From assembly GCA_030390025.1 (NCBI GenBank), contig CM059432.1, forward strand, positions 127,720,001 to 127,784,000: a stretch of 64,000 nucleotides of DNA, in the 5' to 3' direction. The notes below the pieces were generated by a model. It ran no database searches. It worked only from the letters and a program-made list of their open reading frames with translations, and was not told the DNA's origin. This document shows positions 1 to 12,450 of the stretch, in pieces (position 1 is the first letter of the stretch; the number at the start of each line of letters is the position of its first letter). Both the position numbers and the translations under genes were made by a program. The DNA comes from Squalus acanthias. Taxonomy: Eukaryota.

Positions 1-294
1 TGCTATATATGTTATAAATATGTCCTTTCTGACTTAATGGAATTCAACGCCATCTTGTTGACATGGAGTCTGCAACTTCCAACAGCACAGGTTCAGTCAT
101 GGTCTTAAATCCTTTGCTTGATACTTACGAGCTTGTGATTGCATTATAGATTAGATGTCACCAAGAAATGTATGAATTATTGAGTTCCTTGTGTTTGTCC
201 TAGTGTAATGAGTTCTTGTGAAATGTGCACTGAAATAGTATCCTTTAGATGGTGTTAATTATATTTTTACTCATAATTCTCAAACATAGAAATT

Positions 295-351
295 AGGGAT
301 GGGCAATACATGCTGGCCTTACCAGCGATGCCCACATCCCAGGAATGAATT
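295..351 (+). mobile_element. 3' tail fragment of a CR1-type LINE
   Basis: TAGGGATGGGCAATACATGCTGGCCTTACCAGCGATGCCCACATCCCAGGAATGAAT closely matches the 3' end of the LINE at ~38745-38800. Confidence 0.6.
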
Positions 352-719
352 TTAAGCCAGGTTTTCCTGATGTGCTTTTGCTAAGGAGAAAGATTCAGAT
401 TCTGAGAAAGAAAAATTAAGTAGAAAGGTGGATTTAATTTTAGAAAAACACATCGAAAATTAAAATTAGCAATTGTACCAGGAACAGTTTTTGGAGTTTT
501 CCCAAAGTGATTGAAGAATTAGTCTCCAACAGTGAGTTAATGAGAGGCAAACTGTAATCCAGAGTCATGACCAGAGTGAGCTGGGACGCATGGCTGAGAA
601 AGATCACTCAGGTAAGGTTGAGCCAGGACAGTCAAGAAATAAGGATGAGGATCTTGAAAATGAGGATAAGGATCATGAAGATATGCTAAGGGAGAGAGAA
701 TCATTGGAATGTGATAAGG

Positions 720-1010
720 AGATGGGAAAGTGGGTCTCTGTGAAGCCACCGAGTTCTGGATTAACAGGTTTATGAAGGATGGAGGCGATCAGGCCAATAT
801 GGAGAACATGCCAGAAATCCACTCTTCAGATGACAAAGGCATGGATTAGGATCTCAGCATCAGAGATGGAGAAGTCCAAGTGGGAAGTGTTCTGGAAGTG
901 GGAAAATGCAGTCTTGGTGACTGGCCAGCTGTGGGGAAAGATGGTAATTTCAAGGTCAAGCAGAATATATCAGGTCAACACACCAGTTGACTGAATGAGT
1001 GAGCAGCTGG
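720..1010 (-). mobile_element. Highly degraded L2 LINE fragment
   Basis: Diverged similarity to the L2 copy at 29450-29700 (e.g. ACAAAGGCATGGAT..GG.T.TCAGCA, GCAGTCTTGGT). Confidence 0.45.
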
Positions 1011-3967
1011 GAAGGTTGACTGAGCTGGAAGCTACAGCAAATCTGTGCTGGTGGGGCACAGAAAAGGATGATTTAGTTAATCATTAGCTGAAGCAATGTT
1101 ACAGCTTTGTCAAAAAAGAAATCAATGGACTAACATTTAGTGTTACCTGGTACCTGAAACTCAAACTCTTGAAAACCTGTATGTATAGAATGTTCCAGAA
1201 TTACAAGAACTTCAGTTTGCAAGAGGGTGAGCTGGGGGGAGGGAGGGAGAGGGAAATAGGAAGAATGAGATTTGGTGATCATTCTAGGAACTGAGACTAA
1301 GTGGGAGAAAGAGGCTTGATGATAGTTCCAGGAGCTAAGCCAAGGTGAAACGGTCATAAGCATTCAACATGACAGCCCCAATCAATAGGCTTTTTTAAAA
1401 AAGAAAAGTTTTGAAAACAATTACCAGTTTTCAAAAACTAAACTGAAGATAGGCATTTTACAATTCCTTCTGGAATTCTCTCAGGACAAATCCATGTCAG
1501 CTTGATCAGCGCAGATTGGGGACAGTGAAAATAAATCCAAGTTTCTAATAAGAGGACTTGACAAGGAACTATATTTGCATTTTAAACCAACTTTTCAACT
1601 TTCAAAATGATAGTTGACAATGGAAAAATGAATGGATTTCAGAGACAGTATTTTTGAAAGCCATTTCAACGATAATTTTTTGGGATCTTAGTACAGTAGT
1701 GTTACCAAAAGCAATTAAGTGTTAAAAGGACAGTCTTATGCACCTCTGCACTGACAGGTCCATTTACTCATCACTTCCAAGAACATGGAGCTCCACTTTC
1801 AGAGAATTGTTTGTATACAGTAGATTCCCAAGGATTGTACAAATATGGATCAGGTGAAATATATAAGCTACTAGTCACTAGATACTGCAGTGAACACTCT
1901 TAAAATAAAGTTATACTTTATATGCAGACTATTACAGTTTCAGTTTTTAAGAACCTTTTTCTCTTTCAACAGCAGTTTCTATACACAGACCATGCCATCT
2001 ATGATCAAAAACTATCTATCTTCTGCCCTTGCAGAGACATATAACATAGGGCCTAATAATTACCCCAGTGGCAGTAATCTGCTTAACCAATTCAATAGAG
2101 TTGTGCTATACTACAAAATTCTCTTCAAAGTGGTTGATATTACTACTACACAGACAATGGGCCAGAATTTGCAGTGGGTATGACGGCATACTCAGAGTAT
2201 GCTGTCATACCGCCTTTGAAATGGACAGCAAGTTCAGGATTTCCGCATGCGCTAAATCTCGAACTTGTGATGTCAAGTTCCGACTTGACAGATAATCCGC
2301 ACCGACATTGAAATCCTAATTGCTGGCGCAAAGTTGGGCTAATTGCCCACCAACTGCCCAGCAATTACGCCTGAAAATTTTACGGCTGGTGCAAACAGGC
2401 ACAGGGCCTGTTTCCACAGCGCAAGGGGTATAAAAAATCTTCATCTGCTGCTTTATTACTGTATTGGACGCTTTTTTTTCCAATTATATGACATCCAGGA
2501 ATGTTGTAGAACTTGAGTGTTTCATTTGGAACGGCACCTGGATAAGATGTGGAATAGCACAAATTAACAGGCACACACACAGAATCAAGGATTCAACTAC
2601 ACATTAATAATTAAAGCTGCACTTCATAGTTTGATAAACAAATGGTGATCTTATCCTAGTATCACTCTCGCACCATCAATTCATCAGACAAGAGGCAAAA
2701 TGCACTTCGGACGAAGGCTTAAAAATCGGAATATCCTTGTTTTAATTGAAAGTAAAATCGGAGCTATGTGTATCTGAAGTTTATTGCAACATTTATTCTC
2801 CAAATATAAATGCTTCAAAGATCAATTCTCAGTGAGAGACCTTCTGCTTCCTGATTGGAGCATCGGCCCACGTGATCCCAGGTACGCTTCCGCGCACGCT
2901 GCGCCCCTGCAATCCGTGGCCCATTACGCTGCCCTCGAGTACGCAGCGTCAAACAGCAAGTTCGCAAAGGAGGGTTTGCATTCTGTTTGGATGCCGTCGG
3001 CGTACTCCGTAGGTAGGCCACCGACCGCAAAATCCAGGCCTATAGGTTTATAGACTAAGTCCCCAAAATTACAACCCTACCTTAATCCGGTTTCAAATTT
3101 CCTGCTTTTAACCCTTCAGGTATCAAAACGATACTTCTGTTAACTCTTTGACGTGGAGGTTTCCTGACGAAACACTTCATACTGCATTCACTTAATATAA
3201 AAAGGATGTCACAAATACAATGCGAATTGTTCAGGAAGGTACGAACAACGAGCAGATCTGCAAATCCTCAATGTGAAACAAACGAGTGATTTTCAAATTT
3301 AAAAAATGTATTGCCATTTAAATAAAGGCAATTTCTTCTGATTAACAATCTGTATGAAAAGAGCAATTTAAGCTGAATGAAGCCCAGGGATGAGGAAAAA
3401 AAGAACTAACTAGTGTTCTTGACAGCTTTCAGGTTGGAAGCGCGTGATCTTTGCTTGCTGCATTCACAAGAATGCACCTTGTGGAGTTAACCTTTGTTCA
3501 GAGACAGTATCTTGGTATTAGACTTTGAAAGATTCATACAGCCCATTTTCTTCTGGGAGGCAAGAGGGCTGAAAGGACAAACATTTTTTGAAGTAATGGT
3601 AAAGGATTTAATGAAACCTCAGCTTAGGTCAATGATCCAGAACAATGTTCTCTTGGTGAAGGGCTACAAGTCAGTAATGTGCCCTCTGCTCTCACAGCAG
3701 TATTACCAGTGATGTCGGCATTCGAAATGGGCTACACCACAAACACAATGTATTAAATACTGTCTCGAGAGAGAGTATATGAAGTTGATCAGAGAGTCAA
3801 TTCAAAAAAACATTTTGCCCTTTACCTGTATAATTAAAACTAGTAAAAGTAGGAAAGGAAAGCAGCAACATTGGCATTACACTTCTAAATTTTCAATACC
3901 CAAAAGAAAAATGCTAATGCAAAATCTGATGGGTACATTCATTATGCTGAACATAAAATACATTATA

Positions 3968-4437
3968 CTACTTCTTCTTCGGCAGTCCCTCGGAACTGAG
4001 GATGACTTGCTTCCACATTAAAAATGAGTTCTCAGGTGACTGACGAGACCAATGTGGGACAGACAGTGATTGAAGGGGCGGGTGGGGTGCTTGGGTTGAC
4101 GTGTGCTCCTTGCGTTTGGCTTCTGCTCGCTCCCAGCGAAGAGACTCGAGGTGTTCGGCGCTTTCCCGGATGCTTCTCCTCCACTTTGTGCGGTCTTGGG
4201 CCAGGGATTCCCAGGTGTCAGTGAGGATGTTGCACTTTTTACAAGGAGGCTTTGAGGCCATCCTTGAATCGTTTCCTCTGCCCACCTGGGGCTCTCTTGC
4301 TGTGTCGGAGCTCCGAGTAGAGCGCTTGTTTTGGGAGTCTCGTATCGGGCATGCAGATGATGTGACCCATCCATCGGAGCTGATCGAGCATGGTCAAAGC
4401 TTCGATGCTGGGGATGTTGGCCTGAGCGAGAACACTG
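3968..4437 (-). mobile_element. 5'-truncated RTE-clade LINE (BovB/Expander-like), ORF C-terminus and 3' tail
   Basis: Minus-strand peptides ...RLPKQALYSEL...GGQRKRFKD and TWESLAQDRTKWRRSI; (GAA)n tail; 8-bp TSD ACATTATA at 3960-3967 and 4438-4445. Confidence 0.85.
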
Positions 4438-4499
4438 ACATTATATCAGCTTGGTTCGCCATCAGTTCTAACTCAGAAGGAGAGAGTCCCAAAAGGACA

Positions 4500-4725
4500 T
4501 CAGCACAGAATCTGGACAGACACTCCAATTCAGCACTGAGGGAGTGCTGCATTGCCCGCGATGCCAACTTTGAACAGCAGTACCAGCTACCTGTTCAGGC
4601 AGATAGAACACTGCTGCTGCAATTGGCTGCCGTGTTTGTCTACTGAACTCACTACACTTCAAAACTAATTCATTGTGTGAAGCACTTTGAGAGGTTGCGA
4701 AAATGTGTTAAAGTGCTGTATAGTT
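4500..4725 (+). mobile_element. Degraded, internally deleted Deu-domain SINE
   Basis: GACACTCCA.T.CAGCACTGAGGGAGTGCTGCA and CAATTGGCTGCCGTGTTT...CTACACTTCAAAA match the copies at 14380 and 18796. Confidence 0.65.
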
Positions 4726-6769
4726 AGACTCTGTTCCATAAATAATAACCTAATATTATACTTAATTTGTAAAAAAGGAGAATATGTGACTCTTTTTAGT
4801 CACCAGCAACCAGAAAGAGAGATCTTGGCACAGCTAGATTTAGTAACGATTCTCTCTTCATTAAGCAGACATTTAATACCTTAAAGTGAGATTGCAAGTT
4901 GTGTAAGCAAGAGTGGAGCTCCACTGCATTCACTTTCCAGTTAAGAAAACCATTTAGAAAAATGCTGATGGTGTGTGAGCACACACCGATACAAATGAAC
5001 ATGCTGCAGGATAAAGTTTAGAGCCAGGGGCTGGAACAATAGTGCACATGTAGCAAAATCTACATCATTGTGCTGAATACCTTCAGAAGGTTCCTTTGCC
5101 AATTTTCTCTCCTCCTGACAGCAATGATTCATGCTGGGATACAGTTCCACACAAACACCAGTGTCTCACTTGCCTCTGCAAAGTGGTCATTCGTCATCTA
5201 TGAGCTCATGTAGTAAGTGTTGGCAGACTATTCATCACCATGGTGACCACAGCTGTACTCGAGGCTGTCCTCAAATAGCCACACACCCACACTTTGCAGC
5301 AAGGGTCAATGAATGGCTAGCAATCAGGAGGAGAAACCCTGGGTGACCTTTTATTCTCTACCCCAAGGCCAACTACCACTGCCGCCATAACCAAGGTCAG
5401 CTAACTAAGCCCAGACCAGCATAGTATGGGTTAGCGGTCACTGCTTTTATAAACTTGCCCGCAACGGAAGCTGCTCAAAAACATTCAACTGGAAACAAAG
5501 ATACCAATAAAACACCTCCTCCTGGTAACATACTGAGCAATGCAGTAGATCTGAGAAAACATTGAACTTGCATATTCTAAATGAAAGTTTACATTTAGAG
5601 CTTCTGTAGTCAAATTATTAGCATAACTCAGAATGGTTTTGATCTAATCACCGGATTCAACAAGGAAATTGTCAAGAATGAAATGCTTTTAACTTCACCA
5701 TAACCAATGTATTTTTTGCTACGATCAGAATGACTGAAGGATGACGAAAAGATTTGGGAAAACAGTTTGTTTTAAAAACCCAGTATTTTAAAAGTAAGTG
5801 GTCACACAGGTTTTTTTGAAGTTATTTTATTAAATCAGGCAAGACAGCCCAATGATGTGCCGAAGAGTAGAATGTTGATTATTTTTCTAATATTTACACA
5901 AAGACAAGGGGTACTGATTGAACTGAGTGAGTCTGATCGTAACTATTGCTCGGTGTTATTTTGCTGTGAAAGAAAGCAGCCGAATGGTTCTTATTTGGTC
6001 TAACTTACCAGGTGTTTTCTTGGTCCATCTTCAAAAAGACTGAAGAAGCACACTTGCAAAGGAAATGAGTATAGTTACACCCTTGAGCTACACTGTCGTA
6101 ATTAGATATTGGGCAGCTCAGGCACACTTCTAAACCCAAGATGCTCAGAGCACTTACTGACTGTACTCAAGAGAATATCTAAGTCAAGACCCCGAATTTC
6201 TAACACTGACTGTGAAAGTCAACTCTTTACATTTAAGGCAACAATGAAGAAAGTCAGCACTTCGAGAAAAAATGGATCACTATCCTCTGGACAGTACTAA
6301 AGACAAACTCCATTGACGTCCAGTCAGCATTCCTCTGAAAGATCAAATTCAAATATTATTACAGTAGAACAGTAATAACTTTCACAATGAGCAAGGACTT
6401 GAAAGAGAGTTAGCAATGAACGATGGTCTGAATCAGCTGGAGTGAAAAACAAAATGTTTGCACTGAACAAGAGTCGGGGGGGGGGGGGGGGGAAGAGGAG
6501 GAGGAGGAGAAGAGGACAATAATTAGAGATTTCTAATGAAATGAAAATGAAGTTAGGAATCTTTCCAAATCAGTGCATATAGCCAATGCAGAATGCTTCT
6601 TGACACGCGTTTACAAACAAGAAACCACAAAGAAAGGTGATACTCTTCTATTATTTAGTAGTGACTGAGATGGTGGAAAATTGAGAGCTGGGAAGCACTT
6701 GAGTAACAATGGCCATAAGATCATTAAATTTGATCTAGTGACAAAACAGGAGCAAGAGATAAAATAATC

Positions 6770-7215
6770 ATTCACATTGCAACAGTTTCTTAATGGAAAG
6801 ACATGCTTGCGAAGTTTATAGAAATTTTTTGATGACGCAACAGAATTGAAGGTTATATATTTTTGAATTCAGAAGGCATTTACAGCTTATGAAAGCTCTA
6901 ATGAGAAGGTAGTAAATTGGTTCTACGGTTAGCCACTTAGCAATGGTAATATTAATGATAGTTGTAATTGGATAGTAATGAGTAACAAAGTCCTCCAGGG
7001 ATAAACCCTCTGAATTGCAGAGTTTCCAACATTTATTACCGTAATTTAACAGAAGTAGATGGATTTAAATATGCAGTTAATACCAGGTTGTGTGAAAATA
7101 CAAGACGTTCAGAAAAATTCAGTAATGGATGGTTCCTGGTGTGCTGATAATCATTGCTAAAATTTCCCCAACTCGCAATCGTTGAGGGCTGGAAAAAACG
7201 TCCTTGCAGCTGAGC
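6770..7215 (+). mobile_element. Very degraded CR1 LINE RT fragment
   Basis: Residual CR1 RT motifs (GGAAAGACATGCTT, GAAATTTTTTGATGA, CAGAAGGCATTT) similar to the 24590-24710 copy. Confidence 0.4.
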
Positions 7216-7859
7216 GGCTCCCCGCAGAGAATGGAAACCTGCAGGAAGTCTCCATACAAAGAAGAAAGAATGCTCAGAATCCACAACTCCCACCGGGTAC
7301 ATTTAGCTTCTTTCTGTCTGCCCTCCACTCCCATCCCTCACGAGACTTGTTTTACATTTCACAATTGTTCTGATGCCCTGATGTGAGTGACAACTTGGAC
7401 AAATGGTGAAAAGATTTCGGAGACAACTTACAGGGTACAGAAAATCAAATCTTGAAAAGCTACCATCTGTTATTAGTGCAGCCCTAGGGCTTTGTGGTCT
7501 TTTTTCTCCAGATTAAGTCAGGCAAAAAACATTTTTTTTTTAAAATCAGAATGTGATTGGTTACTGAGTTGCCCATTTCTAACCCTAATTTTTTTTGTTA
7601 CTTCAAACATTTCTAAACACATCTCTTTGTTTACACGGTTTCCTGAAATGTGTGCATCTCAAGCAGTGAGGTGACCAAATATTCTGTTTTTCAGCTCAGT
7701 TATTTCTCCAGCTCCCTCCTTTTAAGTTCAGTTGCAACGTCCTCATTAAGTACTTTGGTACCAACACAATTTGGGGGGAGAAAAATGATATCACTGGCAA
7801 ATATGCCTTAATGTTGTGCCAATATGCTGCTTGTGTAACACCCTTAATTGTATAATTTG

Positions 7860-8760
7860 AATTTATATAATGCCTTTAACAGAAATAGGTCCCAAAGTCT
7901 TTCACAAATAGAGATAGATAAAGAAAACAGACTCTTTACCCATGGAGGGAGATTTGGCACGGTGACCAAAAGCTTGGTTGAAAAGGTAGGTTTTGAGAAG
8001 GTTATTAAAAAGGTGGGATAGAAGTGAAGATGCAGAGGGTTTTAGAGTGGGAGTCGCAGAGAGTGGGACTGAGGCGGCTGAAGGGTATGCCAACCAAAAT
8101 CAGAGAACCAGAGGGGCACAGGAGGGGATTAAAAAGCTGGAGGAGCTTCCAGAGATTGAGTCAGGCAAGGCGATAGTGGGATACGAAGTCGAAGATTTAA
8201 AATACATCAATCAGCGACAAGGATCTAGAGTCGGTCAGAGCAATGGGCAAGTGGAACTTCGTGCAATACAGGATACTGGCAGCTGCGTTTCGGATACGTT
8301 CGAGTCAATGGAGAGTGGAGGATAAGAGGAGGGCTTTGGAGTAATCAAATCTACAGGTAACAAAATCAAGGATTTCAGCAGCAGATACAACGAGCAGGGG
8401 CGGAAGTTGAAACACAGTCTAGTGGTGGATTGAATGTGAGGTTTGAAGCTCAGCTCTGGGTGCAACAGGATGCCAATATTTTGCAGTCTAGTTCAGCTCG
8501 AATGAGTGGCCGGGGAGTGGGATGGAGACAAGGGAGTTGGGTTGGAGTCAGAAATTACGTCTTCAGTCTTCCTGTTGTTCATTTGGAGGTAGTTGTTGGT
8601 CCTACAAGACATTGATGTTCAACAGGCAGCACATAGGCGGCTATAGGGTTGAGAGATGTGAAGCTGGGTATAGTCAGCATACACGTGGGAGCTGATTCCA
8701 TGCCTGCCAGTGAAGGGGCAGGAACAGAAGCCACTGCTGGAGATATGCTGGCTGTATTGG
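7860..8760 (-). mobile_element. Degraded L2 LINE 3' portion
   Basis: Minus-strand peptides HVYADYTQL, ELSFKPHI and LLKTYLFNQAFGH; L2-type tail ATTTATATAATGCCTTTAAC. Confidence 0.75.
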
Positions 8761-9964
8761 ATACATAGGAGTGGAATCATTCCAATTACTTCTACCATCA
8801 GACCCATCACCATCAGTGTCTAGTGTTATACAGCTCAAAATGTTCTTCCAGGCACAAATCAAATTTGTAAAGACAAAATATATAATTGTACAGCTGGTGT
8901 CATTCACAGTTCAAGTGCGCTAGAGTATTTCAAAGTCAAAAGGAGCAAATTCTAGCTCTGAACAAAAATTTCACACGCTTCTTACAGTTCACTAAAATCC
9001 CAGTCACAGCATAAAGCCTTGTCCCAATAAGTCCTTCAGAGGATCCCACTGCACCTTTCAATATGGTGCAATTCTCACTCACTTCAGCTTTAGTTTCATA
9101 TGCTTACATCTCATTCTTCAGTCTCGTATGATTCATCAGTCTCTCCTTTTCCTCTCTTCCATCTTCACCCCCACAGTTGCTAAATTCCTATGTAGTAAGG
9201 TCAGTGCAAAGTGCATGCATGTACTTGCTTCTTGAAATGCTCGATAACGGTCACAATTAGTTAAAGGGAAATAATTTGACACTTTTATTAGAAAGACCGA
9301 AGGCGAACTTTTGCAGCGGCATTCAGCTGTGTCAGGACAGACAGATAAGTATTTCATTCTCTAGCAGAAGCTCAATGTTAATATGCCTTTTCTTTAAATT
9401 TTAATGCCTCATTCACCTTAAGTATTTTTTGAAGGATTGTTTGTATTTTAAGTGGCGTAGGGAATACAATCTTCATCCCAACTTCCCCACCACTATTAAA
9501 CTGACAAATTTAATACAACTATTTAATCTGTCCCTTTATCAAGTACTGCCTGGGAAACGGAGTCAGATTGTAGGTGAGTAGGAACATAATCGCCATTATA
9601 TCTTTACCTTGCCCACATTTAGAGTGTTGAAGTAGAAGCTCAATGCATTTTTTTTAGGTTAAAGATTATGTTTTCACGATTTTCGTTCAAGAGATCATAC
9701 TAGGTTTTATCCATAATGCCAAACTAAAGCATGCAGCCCCCTCAATATTTAAAATGTTGGACTGGGAAATGGTTTTTCTAACAGCCAAGGATCTGAAGAC
9801 ACTCAGCTTGATTCAATTGGTACCAAAATAGCATGTTGGCACATGTTAAACTTAAATGAGAAGTCGCACAACACCAGGTTATAGTCCAACAGTTTTATTT
9901 AAAATTATGAGCTTTCGGAGCTCCGCTCCTTCTTCAGGTAAAGGTACAGTGAGGGAATCTATCT

Positions 9965-10504
9965 CTTGCTAAGGCCATCCCCACGCCTCCACTACTCGCC
10001 TTCAAGCAGCCGCCTAACCTCAAAAGTACCATCGTTCGCAGCAAATTACCCAGCTGTCAGGAGAACAACGACCACGACACCACACAACCCTGCCACGGCA
10101 ACCTCTGCAAGACATGCCAGATCATCAACACAGATACCATCATCACACGTGAGGACACTACCCACCAGGTACATGGTACATACTCATGTGACTCGGCCAA
10201 TGTTGTCTACCTCATACGTTGCAGGAAAGAATGCACTGCGGCATGGTACATCGGCGAGACCATGCAGACACTGAGACAACGTATGAACGGACACCGCGCA
10301 ACAATCGCCAGGCAGGATTGTTACCTCCCAGTCGGGGAACACTTCAGCAGTCAAGGACATTCAGCCTCGGATCTGCGGGTTAGCGTTCTCCAAGGCGGCC
10401 TTCGAGACACACGACAACGCAAAATCATCGAGCAGAAACTGATAGCCAAGTTCCGCACCCATGAGGACGGCCTCAATAGGGATCTCGGGTTCATGTCACG
10501 CTAG
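9965..10504 (+). pseudogene. PLE ORF C-terminus: Cys-rich linker plus GIY-YIG endonuclease (open frame, 5'-truncated)
   Basis: Frame reads LAFKQPPNLKSTIVRSKL...CHGNLCKTC...CDSANVVYLIRC...WYIGETMQTLRQRMNGH...GLN with no internal stop. Confidence 0.9.
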
Positions 10505-10755
10505 AGAACGTGACTCGACATCGTTGTCTGTCTTTCCAGTCTTTAAAAAAAATACACCAAAAAAAGGAAAAAAAAAGTTAAAAGCTTAACTGCAGATGGC
10601 AGCATTTGACACGTTGGACCCCGTGACCCACCTCATTGTCTTAGCTGTACTCTGATGTGTCTTTGATGTAATGCCTCCCTAACAGAATGTATCTCTGCAG
10701 ACAAATTGTTCTCTGTGTATATATACCTGAGTAATAGATTCCCTCACTGTACCTC

Positions 10756-10790
10756 TACCTGACGAAGGAGCGGAGCTCCGAAAGCTCGTA
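10756..10790 (+). ncRNA. Minimal type I hammerhead ribozyme motif in the PLE pLTR
   Basis: TAC-CTGACGA-A-GGAGC(GGA)GCTCC-GAAA-GCT-C-GTA: conserved core, 5-bp stem II, palindromic AGCT helix III, TAC/GTA stem I. Confidence 0.75.
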
Positions 10791-11951
10791 ATTTTAAATA
10801 AAACTGTTGGACTATAACCTGGTGTTGTGCGACTTCTCATTTTTGTCCACCCCAGTCCAACACCGGCATCTCCGCATCATGTTAAACTTAAGAATTGGAA
10901 CATTGAGCTGGCTAAATAAAAGTCAACTGGTATGGTACCCTGTGCACAGAGTGTAGTTACCCCTCTTCCCAACCCCACCCCCAAAACCCAAACATACTTT
11001 ACACTACAGTTATCATATATACTTGCAGATAAAGTAACATGTTTAATGACACCATTTAATTGTGCATCGGGCTGGAACCCAAATCAACACTGACCGTTTC
11101 ACAAAGAATTCCTACTCATCCATCTTCAGAGACAAATCGATTTTTCTTGTTTTTAAAATAAAAAGAGCAGCCTTCAATGGCAGAAGCACCCTTACCTTCA
11201 AACCAGAGATTCAAATTTCCCTCATGCTCAGTGGAGTTACCATCGTCTCCCCCTCCCCACCCTCCAACATGGAAGATTTGACGTAGTCTGCTGCAGACTG
11301 GCACTGTGGAGATTGGAGCAGGGAAGGACATACTGAGCTGGCTGGCTCTTTTAGGGTGTGGGGTTGGGAGGGCAGGTGTGGGGTTGGGAGGGCAGGGGCA
11401 GAGGGGGGGGGGGTGGGGGGGAGGGAGAAGGAAGAGGAGGAGCGGGAAGATGGCAGGCTGTGGAAAATTATATTTGCACACAAAGTAATCTCCTAAAATG
11501 CCTGTACTCCTCCCATACAGTTATGCTTGCTTCAAAACAAAAAGGAAACAGGAGGAAGATACTGCTGCTGCGACTGGGAATCATTGCAGTTGCAGGTTGA
11601 CCATTCTACATGCAATGCTGTTTTGAAACAGAGCCCAGCCTCTCAACTATGTCTCAACTTGCAGGCTGGGTCTAAATTGTTATATTACAAACAACTTCAT
11701 TTATGCTTACTGAAAGCTCACATTAGTAAAATTACATAATTTTATCCCATCTCAAATTATCTGTACCAGTTAATGGTGCATTGCATATATACCATTACTC
11801 GGCAGTTTCACAAAGGGCTTCAACACCTTCAACAGACCCCAGCACTACAGAAAGAGTCTTGAAATAAAAAACACTTAGTGGGCAAACAAACGACCTCGGA
11901 GTAATTGATGTCATTGTCTATGAATAAGAGAGAAGTACTCCATTTACTGGA

Positions 11952-12167
11952 CAAAAATGAGAAGTCGCACAATACCAGGTTATAGTCCAACAGTTTTATT
12001 TAAAATTACGAGCTTTCGGAGCTGCTGCCCCTTCGTCAGGTACCTGACTAAGGGGCAGCAGCTCCGAAAGCTCGTAATTTTAAATAAAACTGTTGGACTA
12101 TAACCTGGTGTTGTGCGACTTCTCATTTTTGTCCACCCCAGTCCAACACCGGCATCTCCGCATCATG
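11952..12167 (+). mobile_element. Non-coding palindromic PLE pLTR insertion with two head-to-head hammerhead motifs
   Basis: 188-bp palindrome 11948-12135 centred on GGT|ACC (2 mismatches) plus a 32-nt tail. 13-bp TSD TCCATTTACTGGA at 11939-11951 and 12168-12180. Confidence 0.92.
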
Positions 12168-12450
12168 TCCATTTACTGGAGCAGAGAAGGTTAAAAAAGA
12201 TCTTATAAAGGTGTTATAAAAATAAAAGGGTTTAAAAGGATCATTGGTGAAAGATTATTTCTACTGGCTGAACAAATAGGCATAAATTTAGGATTGGTAC
12301 TGGAGACATAAAGGGGAAGGTCGGATGATATTTTTGCAAGGCTATGGGGAATGAGCAGTGGCGTGGGACTAACTGGATAGCTCTTTCAAAGAGTTGGCAC
12401 AGGCGCAATGGGCCAAATGGCCTCATTCTGTGCTGTAGGATTCTATGTGA
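12168..12450 (+). mobile_element. CR1 LINE 3' end fragment (the palindromic PLE sits at its left edge)
   Basis: TGGAGCAGAGAAGGTTAA... and tail TGGGCCAAATGGCCTCATTCTGTGCTGTA...TTCTATG. Confidence 0.75.

Larger units (their letters stand above)
9854..10881 (+). mobile_element. 5'-truncated Neptune-type Penelope-like element (PLE) with an inverted 5' pseudo-LTR
   Basis: 9854-9962 is the reverse complement of 10734-10842 (3 mismatches). GIY-YIG coding remnant in between and a 3' tail ending ...CTCCGCATCATG. Duplicated flank CATGTTAAACTTAA at 9842-9855 and 10878-10891. Confidence 0.92.

Noticed and set aside
3164-3175. CTGACGAAAC as another hammerhead
   Set aside because: There is no stem II between CTGACGA and GAAA and no pLTR context.
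5020-5440. Possible ancient SINE-like repeat (also 3470-3740)
   Set aside because: It looks repeat-derived, but I cannot assign a family or boundaries from the sequence alone.
6009-6039. Minus-strand AG...GTAAGT-bounded 31-nt segment as TMEM65 exon 2
   Set aside because: The translation does not resemble EKLEAPPPTPGQLRY and the length is not a multiple of 3.
11948-12135. Palindromes as DNA-transposon MITEs or assembly artefacts
   Set aside because: The arms are homologous to PLE pLTRs, the TSDs are long and variable (12-13 bp), the tail is one-sided and this copy has arm mismatches. All of this fits retrotransposition.
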